Shown piece by piece: positions 26,631-41,264 of a DNA stretch of 64,000 nt (position 1 is its first letter; each line of letters begins with the position of its first letter). A program made the translations under genes and the position numbers. The notes below the pieces were generated by a model. The model was not told the origin of the DNA, ran no database searches, and saw nothing but the letters and a program-made list of their open reading frames with translations. This DNA comes from Camelus ferus (lineage: Eukaryota). The DNA is taken from assembly GCF_009834535.1 (NCBI RefSeq), contig NC_045696.1, positions 91,390,001 through 91,454,000 of the forward strand. Reading direction: 5' to 3'.

Positions 26631-29499
26631 GCAATTTATTACTTCCTCAGTGGTGCCCAAGGCCATCTCATTGCATTTATTTGGATACAGACTGAAACCT
26701 AAGCCTAATAGACTGAAATTAAGAAAGAAAGCAACTGGTAAATGGTATGCCTCTTCCTGGCTTCTCCAGGGAAAGAGATTGGATGGGTATGTGGGGGGCA
26801 CATCAAAAAAAGGACAAAAAGAAAAGGAATGAGGTAACTGCAAGTACCATTAAAGGTAAAAAAAAAAAAAAAGCAGAAATAGCTATAGCTTCTTTCTTTG
26901 TTAGGGAATAACTGAGATATATAGATTTTTTTCTCAGCATGGAATGTATATCTGCTTTATATTTATATTGCAGACCACTGTTCCTGAGGGGAATAAGAGT
27001 AACAAAAACAATAGTAAAGCCACGTTTTGTAAAAATTTTATGATTTAAAATAGGCCTTGTTTTCTTGGGGCACTGAAAGTGCATTGCTTTCCATAAAGGG
27101 TAGGTGGTCCCCAACTCCCTACCTATAAAAACAGCCCAAATAACTTTGCAGCAATTTTTTTTTAAACTCTCATTAACTAAATCTGAAGTGGTTTAAATTA
27201 AATCCAGACCAGATAGACTTTTCTTGTTCATGAAGAACTGAAGTAGAATGCTTCAATTCCAGAGGCTTTATGTTTTTCACCATTATCTTCACTCATTAGA
27301 CTCTCTGAGCCTGCAAATGGTCTCGGCCCCCTGGGTTGAATATTGTGGTTATTACAACCCTCTTTCCTAACATGGGCCTACATGGAAAAGAGTCTCCTTT
27401 AGGAATGACTTTGATTTTTTTGGAGAAGACAAGCTGAATTCATGTGTTCTGTCCAACCACTTACATCTCAAATGAACGAACTGAAACAATTTTAGTTTAA
27501 TAGTATCATCCTTACCAGGAACTCGTCTCATTAGAAGGCGCACACTGGTACCGAGCACACACTCCATAGCTGTGTTTCTCCCACCCCACCAGACCCACAA
27601 GGCAGCAGACCCGTGTGGCGGAAACAGAGATGCTCTAAACCGCTCTTTACACATGATCTCATAGCACGTGGGAGGATGCTACGGCCAGTTGTCTTCCTTC
27701 GCTGGAGACCAACAGTCTGCACCTGTGAAGAATCAAATGGCGTGCCCTCTGAGCCCGGCCGCTGCCAGGGTGGGTGTGAAATCCTGTGCCCTCTGCCTTG
27801 TTTTTCTAACTGGCTGGAATATGCTGGCCAAGCAACAGGGCGTCTTTATTACATCCTCTCTGGGCTCAGAGTCATGGACACTCTTCAAGTAGAGAAGTGA
27901 CACACATCTTGCCCAGGTCGCCTTTCTGTGACATCCGGCAGGCCTTCCACAAAAACACTTTCAGGAGGAAAAGGAAAAGAATTGACAAAGGCAACTGAGA
28001 ACCACATTACTGTCCTCACCCTGACGGTGGGAAAACATCCTGCAAAGTCGGAGCTGGCTGGAAGCCATGCACCTTTAACTTGCAAATCAAGACTAAAGGC
28101 CCTGGGGGCCATTTTACAAGAGGAAGAACCTGTAACTTAAAAGCCACAGTTTCCCCAAGGAAGGAGTATTTAGTTAAAACTTTGGTAGGCTCAATGTCTC
28201 TGGGGATCCATTTTCTTAAGCCTTGGTTGGTGCCTCCCGGCAGCTACTTAATACTTCGGAATTGTCATTGATTGAGAAAGACTTTTTTCTGAAATGCAAA
28301 TAGCTTTATTGTTTTTTATATTGTACAAAGGTTACATGCTAATTATAAATGATATTAATAATAAAGCTCTGGGGAAATGTAAAGAAAACAAAAACAGAAA
28401 AAGTTAAGTATCTACAAAATACAGTTTCAAATAACGGTGCTGATTTTCCATAGCCTCTTTCCTTCAATGACGCAGGGTTGAGTTGCTGATTCTTTCTGGG
28501 TGCAAACCCCAGTGCTGGTGATGGGGACCCAGAGAGGAGAAGGACATGGTCCCTGCCCTAGAGGGGCTCACAGTGAATGGGGGCAAGGGAAATGTACAAA
28601 CTGTTCATTAAAGTTTTATTTGATGCCTCTCACTACTGAATGCTGAACTGGATCAAGAGAGAACAACTGACCTGGCATGGCCAAATTTGGAAGGGTGTTC
28701 TAAGTTTGGCTTGTCGGACGACAGGATTATGTCAGGGAAGGGGGAGGAAGGTATTCACAGGAGGACACAGCAAGTACAATGGTAAGCAACTGGGGGAAAG
28801 CCTTGACCCTTCTGGAAACCGTGAAGAGTTTCAAGTGCCTGGAGCGTGGAATGGACAATAGAAGGAGGGGAGAGGGTTGAGGCTGGACCAGAGACTGGTT
28901 TCGGGTGATGGAAACTCCTTATTGATTAGCAGACAGTTCCTGTTTTCTACCTCCTTTCTCCAAACTTATTTATCACTGGTGCCCAGGTCACCTTGGAACA
29001 GTATTTTGTTTCCCTTTACTGTGTAGGCAAGTCAATGAATATTGTGTACCTCAGAGTTCCCAAGAAACTAAACAGCCTGGTAAAAGGACAAACAGTCCCC
29101 ACAAATAGTTGCAAATGTAGACTAGTAAATAATGGTTACAAAAGTTACATGTTGCAACAATTTTCAACAATGTCTTGTAATTACGAACTGTAATTTAGGC
29201 CAACTGACCAAATCGACAAAGGACTTTCAGTGCCTCTGTGAGTGAGGAGCTTGGCAAGGCTGACAATGCGGCGGCAGCCTCTAGAAGAGGCCTTTGACCA
29301 GTCTCCCCTCAGGACTGAACCCTAAGAATAGTTGGCCCGGTCTCCACAGATCTCATCTCCTGTCTTCAGAGGGGATTTCTGACTTTTTTGCACCAGTATC
29401 TGTGAGGAAGTAGGCCTGTGGTTGCCCCATGAAAAGCAGGAAGTTTCCATTTAGTGACTGCCCCTTCTGGGCTTGAGCTTGAGATGTAAATGAATCCTG

Positions 29500-29985
29500 G
29501 ATTTGGCAGGACGGACAACTCACTGGGCTTTCGCAGCAGGTGGGTTGAGAGGATGAAGTAGTTGCTAATTCCAGCTCAAGCCCTGCTGCTCTTCTAAGGC
29601 TGTGGTGGCAGACCTTGCTCTGCCCACAGCCCTCAGTCTTAAATCACTTCAGCATAAGCCAGCTCCTTCCAAATGCCAGCATCTGCCTTTCTGTGCCTGT
29701 GGCTTTCCCAGACTTCACCAGCCAACTGGCTATCATGTGGGCAGGATAGAAATGTGAGAAATTAACAGTCCCTCAACCAGTGATGGGGGTATTTATACCT
29801 CAACTCTGTCACCCCTCAAATGAGGTAACCTTTCCCCAGAACCCCCGGGCATCCTTTCTGAGCTCCTTCTTTTCTCTGTCTCACTCTTCTACTCCCCTGC
29901 TTGTCGCCTGCAGTTTCCAAATAGTTAATTTACACGTAAATCATCCCAGAGTCTGACTGTTTCTGGGGAGCCTAATCCAGGAAAA
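29500..29985. mobile_element. ERVL LTR16-like remnant
   Basis: cagcatctgcctttctgtgcctg...gtttctggggagcctaatcc ending. The family is recalled, not verified. Confidence 0.5.
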
Positions 29986-32257
29986 AGTCATCTATTTACC
30001 TTCCTAGGTCATTGCCTTCTTCCCTGCTCTGAGCTCCTGAGAGTGCACACCTGTAATGTGGGGTCTGCACCTGATTGTCTTCTGGTTGCATTTGCCTTGC
30101 ATTCATTTAGTGTTTGAATCCACACACTCCCATTGCTCTAAGCACTCTGGAGGAAGGTACCACACCTTACACTTCCTTGTCCTCCTTTACTACCTACCCC
30201 AGTAATGGGCTCATAGCAGGTGGGCCACATATACTTGCTGACTGTTAGGTTGAGACTGGAACCTGAGTATCCACTAGTTCAGTGTCTGGTACTTTTAAAT
30301 GGCAGCTGATGGAATGGTAGGTTGTGAGAAAGGCCAGAAACACTGTAGACATTGGGTTCCAGTCATGGGTGGTGGCTACTGGTTTTCAAATCTTTCGGGT
30401 CTCCTTCTGTATAGTGGCCAAAGAGTGGTCCTCAGCATTGGGGATCACTGGACACTTGAATCAGAATCTACAAGTTAACAAGATCTTCAGGTGATGTGTA
30501 TGTATAGGAAAGTATAAGAGGCAGTGGTCTCAAGGATCCATGCCCCACAGGGTAGAATCCCTCAGGGGATCTGGCCATGCCCACATATGTACATTCATGC
30601 ATGATGCATATATGTTTATAGACACACAGTCATACCCTACAGGTGTCTTTGTAAGACCCATTTGTTTTCAATGTAAGTTAATCAATAGCCTTTAAAAATG
30701 ATCATCTTTGGCAATGTTAGGGTAAATAGAAACCCAGGGATCATCAAGTATTTATTATATAGTTTCTGAACATCTATCACACACCTAATATGTGCAAGGC
30801 ACTGCAGAGTTAGATAAAATTCAACCCTTATGCTGTTGGAAGGGGCTTTGGTTTTTCTTCACTTAGAAATGATCCTTCCCTGGGCAGAAATTGTGGTGCA
30901 TTGATACTTCCTGTGTAACATTCCTAGAATTCCTCACTCCATCCCACTCCTGTGAAAAGGGGGAATGATGGAGAGGAAGGGGGAGGGAGAGGGCTCCTAA
31001 TTAACGGTTTCATATATAATAATATGGCGGATATATACAAGATTTTCCTATTAAGTTTTGATTTTGATTTTTTTCTATGTTACTTGATTCATCATATTTC
31101 AACCAGGATCTGGAAGAATCCCCAAAACTCCCAGTAGGCTTTGACAGAGGTGGTATCACCATGAGATAATTTTTTACAATTGTGCTTTCAAAAAATATGA
31201 AGAGAACACTTGAAAGTAAATGAGTTTTGTTGCACAGCCAGAACTGTACTATTTGGGCTGATATTTACATTTCAGCTCTCTTCTTTATTTATCAAAAAAT
31301 GTAAGCCTGAATTTATTTTGTAGTGAATAGGATTTGGGAACTTGGTACTGGTTCACAGGGACTGAGCTAAAAAGCCCTACGGAAAGATGTCTGTGACAGT
31401 TGGCTGATCAGCAGTGGACTGTCAAACTGAAATGTTCATGTTGCAGTTCTTAGCATCAACCAGAATATGTCTTGTTATCTACATGTAGATAACACATAAG
31501 AAATGACACTGAGAAGGATATCTTGACATCAGCTTATTCCTTGTTAAGTAATAAATAAATCTAGAGTAGATAAAGAAATAGTTGCTATTTAAGATTAATC
31601 AGTTTAAGATGTCTGGAAAATAAATGTTTTCAGGACTGAAGATTTCCCAGCTTCAGTGCTGTGTAGATCCCATAGAGTTTCAAATATCTGGCAGTGCACC
31701 CAGAAAAATAGAAGACAAACTTTCCTAACTATCTCACTTCCCTGAAATCTTTGTTTACTTATTATGGTTGATTTTAGAAATCCCTGGCTTTCTAAATCCC
31801 TAAGCTCCTCTAGCTGTCTACATTTTCTCCAACTCTTCCTTCTACTGCTGCCTTCTTTAGAGAGCAAACTTCCTTCAGCTGTAGGTAGCATCCTCTGTGA
31901 TGATGGTCCCTATCTCAATCCAATGTCTCTTTTCTCCTTCAAAACGCTTCCCAGAGCCCACCTTTTCTATGATAGCTCTGCATTTCTAAAGCATTATTTA
32001 GTGATCAACTCTTTCTACTTTATGACTGGTAGGTACAAATTAAATTGGTACAGAAGGAATGTGATGGGAGGAAACAATGGAAGTTACAAAGATTTCCTGG
32101 AGGAAATATTCTACTTTCCTCCACCTTAAAAAATGAGAATTACCTTGAAGGCAAAATGCACTGATTTTAGTATCTCATACAGTAGATAAAATGAAAACAA
32201 TAGATACAATGAGGTGACTCTTCTGTTACTCTGCTGAGAAATGGGAAGATTAACCCA

Positions 32258-32579
32258 TGTTATAGTCTAAATGTGTACCCCCACCCCCAAAATTCATATG
32301 TTGATACCTAACCCCACAAGGTGATGGTATTAGGATGTAGAGCTTTTGGGATGTGATTACGTTTTGAGGGTGAAGCCCTCATGAATGGGATTAGTGCCCT
32401 TATAAAAGAGTTTCCAGAGAGTTTTCTTGTCTCCTTCCTCCATGGAACCAAACACCAAATCTGCCAGCACCAGGAGCTTGGACTTTGCAATCTCCAAAAC
32501 TGTGAGAAATGAATCTTGGTCATTTACAAGCCACCCAGCATGTGATATTTTGTTACAGCAGCCCAAATAGACTAAAACA
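32258..32579 (+). mobile_element. MaLR solo LTR (MLT1A-like)
   Basis: tgttatagtctaaatgtgt...ccccaaaattcatatgttga start and tttgttacagcagcccaaatagactaaaaca end. Confidence 0.85.
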
Positions 32580-35500
32580 AAATGTGAGTCCATTCAAGAT
32601 CTCAACACAACCTTATCTAAAAATCCTAAAAGGCTGTTTTGCTATATTTCCACTGTTTACATGAAGGAGAGCTCACAAATGAGTGGAAAGCAATTTGGGA
32701 AGTAATCTTTTTCTTCAAACTAGTACATTTCAAACCTCATTTGAACACATCCTGGCCAGACATGCCTTCAAAACCCCATCCTACTAGCTGCAATTCGTTT
32801 GCATATTTTGATTTACTTATTTATTTATGCCCTGCTTACTTCCAGCAAGCAGTTAAGGCAGTTCACAATGAAAAAACATAGTTGCTATGAGACCAGAAAT
32901 AATTAACCCGAGGCAAAATCCAGGAAGTAAAAAAGGGGACATTGGAGGGATAGGGGGCAAGTACCAAAAATCTTTTTTTTTTTTTTTAAAAGGAAATCGC
33001 CAGTATCAGGCAATGTTTACACTTTTGCAAACTGCATTTTTCCATTTCATTCTCTCCTATAAGTAATGAAGTAATACTTATCCAAGTATTTCTATCTAAC
33101 TTGTATTTTGGGAGTTACATCTTAACTACCATGAATAAAACATCCTGGCTATTTCGTTTGAAAATAAGTAGGTGCAAAGAAAGATAGACATCTTGTATTT
33201 AATTGTATAATGAGTAAATTATGTAATGTAATGAGTAAATTATGGAAAGTTCAATTGTAGCTGATGTATAGTTCAACTGAGTTAAATCTTACCATATTGT
33301 TCCTTTTCTAATGACCACAAAGCACATTTTTTTTCCTGGCAAAAGGTTCAAACACAATTTCTCTTTCTTTCCTCCTTTCATTTTTCTTTCTTCCTATTTC
33401 TTTTCTTTCTTTTTGGACCCATAATAAGCAACTTTCTTCAGAATGGTTTCCATGATTGGCCAGAAGACCTGTGGTTACTTTTTTCTGTCATTCTGTGATT
33501 GTACCACATTTGCTAAACAGATATTATGTAAAGATGGGCTGCTTCTTTGAGTTCTCTAGAAATGTTTCAATGCTAAAATCCCAACTGGTCTTTCAAAAAG
33601 TTTGCTTAATTGAAGCAAAAAGAAATAGTGGAACCATTGTTGGGGATAATCAATGAGAGGTCATTTACATGAGGGGACCGTGGTGTGATGGGAGAAGAAA
33701 TTCTGGCTCTGTATAATTTATTCTGAGTTGCCTGAGTCCACACAAAAGATTTACCTTTAAAAGGCTAAGTTCCCAAGCCCCCAGTTTTTAAAGAGTAAAT
33801 CCGAACTATAGAACCTCTAAATCCTTTATCAACTCACAAAATAACACTATGTTCGAAGCTCAAATTAGATACACTTCTACAAGCTTTAAGGTCTGTAAGT
33901 ATTTGGGAGTCAATGCAAAGAAAAGATGCTGGAAAATAAACTCTCAGCACAAATGAAGAGAGATTTGGATTTTCAGACATAAATGTGGCCATTCTGAATG
34001 CTATCTTGGAAAAAAATACTCAAATTGGAAACACTTATTTGACAGCAGACCACGTTCAGTTTTCTGCCCTGTAAAGAAAACTCAGTCATTCTAAAACCAT
34101 AATTTATTTGGTTACATTATTGTCTCCAATAGCAAGACATAAAAGTAAGGTACCTTTCACATTCTTTGATTTCTGTTTTAAATCCTAAATCAGCTTTGTT
34201 CAGACATCTCTATGAGGAAGACACTGTGAGTTCCACACTGAAATAAAAGCCATAATTGCTCTATAAGTACTAAAGTATACCTTGTGGAGTTTCTTTTTTA
34301 CAAAGGTAGGGCTTACTTTATCATTCTGTGCCAAATGCACAGAGTTGAACTGAGTCCAACTGATCCTTAATTTTTGCCATTTTACGAAATTTGAGATTCA
34401 TTCAAAACAAAGGATACATCTGTTTTCATCAGCTGTTTCTTGAATTTTATTACTGAGACTTATTTTTAAAAATTGTTTTACCTCGACAGTATTGTTTTAC
34501 TCGGCATGATTTATTACTCTCCCACGAGCCCACGGAAACTGTGTGTTCCTGTAATCATGCAAACTGAGTCAAAAATAGTAAGGAAAGAATGGGAACTCAT
34601 TCCCTTTGCATTGGATTAAATGATCATTTAGAGTATGTAAATATGTTTAAATTCTAAAAGAACTTTTATTTATCAATGAGAATAAAAATATGTTCAATTA
34701 CTCCAAGCTGATATACAGAAAAATTGAGGCATGATCAGAGGATAAAAGAAAGGATTGTGGAATATGACTTTTTGCAATGCTATTTTAAAAATCAGCTCAA
34801 AATTGGAGGATAATCTGCCTAAGAGAGATATTAACAATATTTTTGTTTATTTATTCTCTCCTTTGTTCTGCAAAAAAGGATTTTAGGCAGCTTGCCCGCT
34901 CAATGTTCTATTTTAAAAATTATTGGATCTAGGCTTCTGAATATGATAAACTAAGAACGTTTGATGCCTACTTACTCTGCAAGTATTTTGCATATATCTT
35001 TGTGCTGATATGTTCAGGCTAGAAGAGAATATCCTTGTCTGGGTAGCATAATTTTTAAAGAATGAAATTTGTTAACTGTCTAATTATTCTTGGAGTTTAT
35101 AGGTAACTGGATGACTTTATTTTACTGGATTATTCCTTCCTTGCCTACTTCAATAACAGTGACCTTTTGTAGGATTGAAAATGTTGTAACAGTAGAATAT
35201 TTTTCTTCAGATACAGGAAAAATTTGAAAAAGACTGGGAAATAATTACAAAGAGAAAAAGATCTAGCTATCTAGAGATCATGAGAATTCAAGTCACTAAG
35301 AAAACCTTAAGCTATATAGTGTTTTGACTTAATTGTAACATTTTTAAAAAAGAGAAATAGGCTTTCTTGGTAAAATGTTGAGCAAATTTCGTTTCTAGAT
35401 AAACTTTTAGCAGGTTACCTAAACACTGGCCCGTATTTGCTTAGACTGAGCTGGTATAGGGGTTTTGGACATTTTAGAACTTCCAAACCATTATCAATTC

Positions 35501-35619
35501 ACAAAATAAGTTAACTAGGAAAAATTAAGGGGATATACTGCTTCTGAGACAGCTTGTTTTAATTTTGATGATAATTCAGATATGTCTGCATTTGCATTTG
35601 GGATTTTTGACACTCAAGC

Positions 35620-35850
35620 AATAACAGCTAACGTTTATTTAGCATTTCCCTGTGCCAGGCTTTGTTCTGAATGCTTTGGTTTTAGCTCACTGAATCCTCA
35701 CAACCACTCTATGAGACAGTCACATTCAGCTGTTTTATAAACTGAGCCATGGAGAGTTAAGTAACTTGCCTGAGGTGCATGACTGGCTAGTAGCAATGCC
35801 AGGATTCAAATGTAGGTAGGAGCTTCTGAGCCCAGAGTGGGACACTATAC
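35620..35850 (-). mobile_element. MIR SINE
   Basis: aatcctcacaaccactctatgag...gttaagtaacttgcctgagg core. Confidence 0.85.
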
Positions 35851-36949
35851 CACCACCCACACCTGCTCAGTCAAGCAAGGCCCAGCTGTGAGGACTTTCC
35901 ACCTGCTGCCACCTTTCTGTTCTCCAAGGGTGGAACTTACTGTGGGAATATTGATGCAAAGAAAATTTCTCAAATTGACAGTTTGAACAGCCAGTGCTCT
36001 TTTTATTTGCCCTGCTGATGTCTTACTCACCAATTCTACTTTTCATGCAGTAAAGGAAGCCTCTGGAAAGCCAGACGCTTAACCATTCCTTTTTTCAAGG
36101 AGAGATTTTAGGCAGTGGGACTATTTAGGCTGCTACTAGAAGGTGTCTCAGAAGGAGCTATAAATCTCCAGGATGGGTGTGGTTCAGGGAGCCCTGAGCA
36201 TAGGTGGGACGGAGAAACTTCACACATTGCTCAGACAGACCAACTGAGCCCAACAGAAAAGCAGTGCTAGCAGGTCTCTAATGACCTGGACTCAGTCATG
36301 GTTTTGCAATTTCTAATAAGAGTGACTATAAACTTATCAGTCAATACAATCTTTAAAATTTTTATTTTAAAGGTCAATATCTCAAACTGAACAGACAACG
36401 GAAAAGGAGGTACCAAAAGTCTTCCAGTATTATAGGGCAAAGAATTATACACCACCAGTAAGCAGAACTTTACCTGTTCCAAAGTGATTCCCACTGATTA
36501 AAAATGGCTTTTAAAACCTGATACTGGTTTCTCTACAAGGGAGGTTTCCAGAGAGAGGAAGGGATAAGCACAGGGGCAGAGCACACTGGTGCCTTCAGTG
36601 GTATTGCTAATGGTCTATTTCATTACTTAAATATATTTATATACATTCTTCTGTTGGCAGCATATATTCCATAATGTCAGAAAAATACATTAAATGTTTA
36701 CTATGTGCCCAAAAGTATGCCTGACATTGAAAACAATAATATTTATAATAAAATACTAGGGCTCTACTAAATGGCTTAATTTTTTTAATTCATTGATATT
36801 TCCAGTATAATTAGATCTTATTAAAAATAATACTTAGAATAACAATTGATTGCTACTATTTTTAAAATCATTTGCTCTATGCCAGGTCCTTTATAGGTAT
36901 TATTTCAATATTCCACATTACAATGTTATGAAGTATTTGTTTCTGCTAA

Positions 36950-37470
36950 GATGTGTTTGGTAATAGCATATCAATCTAAAGCTGGCTTCAATAATAAGAA
37001 TCTTTATTATCTCATTTAAGAATTCTGGAAGGCATGATGAGTCCAAGGTCCCTTCAAAAGTTCCACAATGTCATCAAGAACCCTTGGTGACAAGGCTCTT
37101 TCCATCCTCCCTCCACCTTCGCAGTGTATTGGCTTGGCCCGTACGCATGCCCCTCAAGCTCGCAAGATGGCTGTCACAGATCCAGGCAGCACATGCTGTA
37201 AACACAGCAACGTCTGGTTAAAGAAACTGCGTGTGTCCTTCCATGCATCTCTTATTTGGGAGGAAAATCGTTTCAATCAATGTCTTACCCCAGAAAATTT
37301 TACCTCAGGTCCAGATGCCCAAGATAAAATCACATACCCATCCCCTAGTTACAATGGAGGCTGAGGAATAGAGTAGCAGGCATTTTTGTTTTATTGCAGG
37401 ATAGAGGTTTTACCAATAAGAAAGAAGGTGATAGGATGAGATATGACTATTGACAGGCAATCAAAAGTAT
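36950..37470. mobile_element. Old MaLR LTR (MLT1K/L-like)
   Basis: ctggcttcaataataagaatctttattatctca...caagatggctgtcacagatccaggcagcacat motifs. Confidence 0.6.
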
Positions 37471-38365
37471 CTGCTAGCTCCACTTTATAGGTGATGAAAC
37501 TGAGGCTCAAAGTTATACAGCTAATAAAAACACCAAGCCAGAAATCATCTCAAGTTTTTCTTAACATATGTCCAGCCACACCAAAAAATTCTATCAGTAC
37601 AGCTATTCTCCAAAAGGAGGCAGAAAGATAAAAAATCCTATTTTTCTGAAAGGCATAAGGTTTCCCTACATCATGGTTCCAGAACCCTGCCCAGGAGTGG
37701 TGGGGTGTCGGTGGTGATTTTCAGTAATAAACATTACTTTGTGTCAGACAACACATTAAGCACTATAGGTACAAAGATAAACATGACATGTCCAGCCTTT
37801 AAGAGGCACACTGGGGAAAAGAGACAAGCTGACAGAGAAATTGCAGGCAAGGATATCAGGGCTCTCGTGAAGATACAGCCAGAGGTCTGAGGGGCACAGA
37901 GACAGGTGCAAACAACTTTGGCTGGAAGAGTCAGGGAGGGCTTCACAGAAGAAGTGACATTTGAATTGATTTAACGACGTGTTTAACGAGGGTCCAAGGA
38001 AGAGAAGGGGAGGAAGGACTTCAGTAGCCAAAGGTCTGCCCTAATGGAAGACATCTGTTTCTAATGGAAACTGAGCTGTTAATGGAGGTAAAGGAAGAGA
38101 AAAATATTTTACGGGTGGTCTTTTTAAAATGGTAACAAAAAGAAAGCAGATTTCAACACCTCCAATATGAACACCACTTCATAAGTGTCTTACCAGGCAT
38201 ATTTGGATCTATTAAAAAAGGGTTTGTGAATAAGTTTCTCCTTTGGCTTTTTCATAATTAGAATCCTCATTCAGGGAGGGCTTGATAACTCAGTGTCCCA
38301 AACTACATGGATTCCTTTTTTTAAAAAGAATTGCATTATTCTGACATATTTTTTTTTCCTTTGGA

Positions 38366-38367
<2 letters not shown>

Positions 38368-38400
<33 letters not shown>
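38368..38400. repeat. (TG)n microsatellite
   Basis: Read directly from the sequence. Confidence 0.95.
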
Positions 38401-38403
<3 letters not shown>

Positions 38404-39000
38404 ATCAAAAAAGGGAAAAAAAAGGATTTCAGAATATGTCATGTTACCATGTTTTTCATACTCTACCATAAACAGTTGAGTTGCAAGCAAAAAGCAAATG
38501 GCTGTCACCAGCCTTCAATCTGCACACCCAAGTTGGGTCATATATACCAACCAATCTATAATGGGGAGAAGAATTAATATGTGGGTGAAAAACAGTTAGA
38601 GCTCACATGGATTTGGATGTATAGTAATTTACTAAGGAAAGAACATTTCAATTAGTTGAAAGGCAATGAGAGAATCTGCCTGTGGTGGAAAGTAGAGGCA
38701 CAGACACACTGGAAGATGTGCTGGAGACTTAAATTCTAACCAAACTCCATCTGGCCTAGTTAAGTAGAGCTCACATTCCTCTGAGCATGATTGTAATGGC
38801 TGAATGGAAAGTCAGGTCTCAGCAATTTGGAGTACCTTTCAACTCTGACCAGAAGGTAAAAGCAGACATTTTCCTTTAATAGGAGATGCACAAAGATCCA
38901 AGATTGAGTAATCGATCTACCTACCTACATGTCTATCTGTCTATCTATCTACTTACCTATCTATCTTTCTATTGACCTCACTGATTTTATATATGCAAAA

Positions 39001-39604
39001 TTTACCTTGTCTCTAAAATGTGTTTGTAACCCCAAATCAATACTTGAGATGCTTATGACATACACAGGGCAGCGAAAAATTTGAGTTGCCCACCACAGGG
39101 GCTCCCAGCTGAGGTCGAACAAGGCAGTGCTCTGCCTTCTTGTTTCAGCCCCCATTCTGTAAACAGGTGTCTTTTCTTCTCTCGGTCTATTTAGTGCCAC
39201 ATTTTTATCATTGTTGTGCTATTGTTGGCAATTTCATTGTTTAAAATGTCCACAATTGTAGTGCTGAACTGCTCTCTAGTGTTCCTAAGTTCCTAAGAAG
39301 GCTATGATGCATCTGATGGAGAGAATCTGTGGGTTTCGTAAGCTGCGTTCAAACATGAGTTATAGTGCCCTTGGCTGTGAGTTCAATTTTAATGAATTAA
39401 CAATATATATCAATTAAGACATCTTTAAATAGAAACACACATACAACAAGGTTGTGTATTGATCAGTTGATGAAAAGCTATGACCAGAGGTTTTTAGGAA
39501 CCTACCCTTGTTTTTTCCCTAGAAGCAATGCTTCAGTATTCACTACTTCAATGTTCTAAGTGACTTTATAGAACATAATTACTATGAATAATAATAATCA
39601 ACTG
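39001..39604. mobile_element. TcMar-Tigger family DNA transposon remnant (MER82-like)
   Basis: cccagctgaggtcgaacaaggc...ctttatagaacataattactatgaataataataatcaactg terminus. Confidence 0.7.
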
Positions 39605-40369
39605 TGTGTACACATACACACATACAACACACACACACAAAGAGAAAGAGGGACAAGGATACATCGTATACACTAGCAGTGTGAGGCTATTGAGCAGAGT
39701 CCTCAGAGCTGCAACAATTTCTCACAGACTCCAGAGTACGGTACCCAACTGTCCCAATTTGCCCTTGATTGAGGGGTTTCCCAAGATGAAGAACATTCAG
39801 TTCTAAAACTGGGAAAATCCCAGGATCCATTAGCAAGAATGGATCCCCTATGCTAGGGTTTCTTGAAGCCAAGGAATTGGGATTGGGAAGGGGCCCATAC
39901 AAACCCTCAACTCTTGCTCTGGAGCTAATAATCCCATCATCAGTAGGAAGGAGACTCATGCAATAAATACACCTCCAAGCAGTTAAACACTGCTGGCCCT
40001 ACTCAGGCTTCTGAGGACTCCTAAGCAAAGGCTGGGGTCTGCCTGGCAAGGCTTCACTGAGAGGGTATTAACGATAAGCTCATTTGATTTACATCCCTAA
40101 TGGCCCTTGCAAGTGTCTCTTTTGTGTGCGGAGATTTCTAAGAGTTGAATTATGAAGAAATACAATGATATGGCCCAATAAGGAAGCAAGAATGACAGAT
40201 GCCCAGGAAATAAAATATTTTCATTCAGGCAACAAAATATATTATTTTCTTTAACTCTTTTGTAAATTGATGAAGGCTAGAGAGAAAAGTGTGGATTTTA
40301 GGACCAAACCCATATTTCCTAGTTCAGCAATTTCTCATATTTTTGGAGATTTGGGACTCTATATAGACT

Positions 40370-40551
40370 AGTGATTCTCAGCCTGGGCTTTACATTAGAA
40401 TTATCTGAGAGGTTTAAAAAATTCCTATGCCTGGACCCTACCCATTACAATGAAATTGAATAGAAACAGTGGGGGAGGGGTGCTGTTGGCATTAGAACTG
40501 TTCTAAAAGCTTCTAAGTGATTCTAATGTACAGCCAGGGTTGAGAGCCACT
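40370..40551. mobile_element. MER5A-like MITE
   Basis: agtgattctca...gtgattctaatgtacagccagggttgagagccact termini. Confidence 0.75.
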
Positions 40552-41096
40552 CAGAAGGAGGATAGTGTTGAGAAAAGGTCTCAGGAAGGTTCAGCAGAGA
40601 ACGCTTTAATCAGCTGGTGACGCCTGCTGCGGGTGGAAGAGAGAAGAAGGCTGCCGCATACAGGGCTGCACTAAGTGATCGTTTTCAGCCTAGCCAAAGT
40701 GGGAACATGCACACTCCGAAATCAGGCAGATCTTGATTCAGTCTTGTCTGCCACCATGACTCTGTTACCTGTGCAATCTTGGTCAAGTGATGGGCCCTCT
40801 TATCATCAGTATCTCCATTCTGTTACCCATTTTGTAAGGTGGTAGTGAGGATTAAGTGAGGAAGTAGATGCCAAGTACCTGGCACATAGTGGACGCTTAA
40901 TAGAGGGAAATCATCATCATCATAACTGGCACCCATATTTCCATTTTTGACTGCTTTCTGATTTACATTCTGATATCGTAACCAAGAATAATGGAGATTT
41001 ATGAGATAGTAGTAGCAGTATTTTACAAACAAAATGAATAACACACGAAAAATGAATGGTATGGCCAAGGCAATTTTGCAAGCATATAATATAGTT

Positions 41097-41254
41097 CAGG
41101 GGTCAGCAAATCACTGCCTATGGGCCAAATCCAGACACACCTATTCATTTACTTATTGTCTGTAGCTGTTTTTCCCATAACAGATACCACATGGCCCATA
41201 AAGCCAAAAATATTTACTATCTGGTTCTTTACAGAAAAAGTTTGCTGACCTTTG
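41097..41254. mobile_element. MER58A-like hAT MITE
   Basis: TIRs caggggtcagcaaa / tttgctgacctttg. Confidence 0.85.
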
Positions 41255-41264
41255 ATTCTATTTC

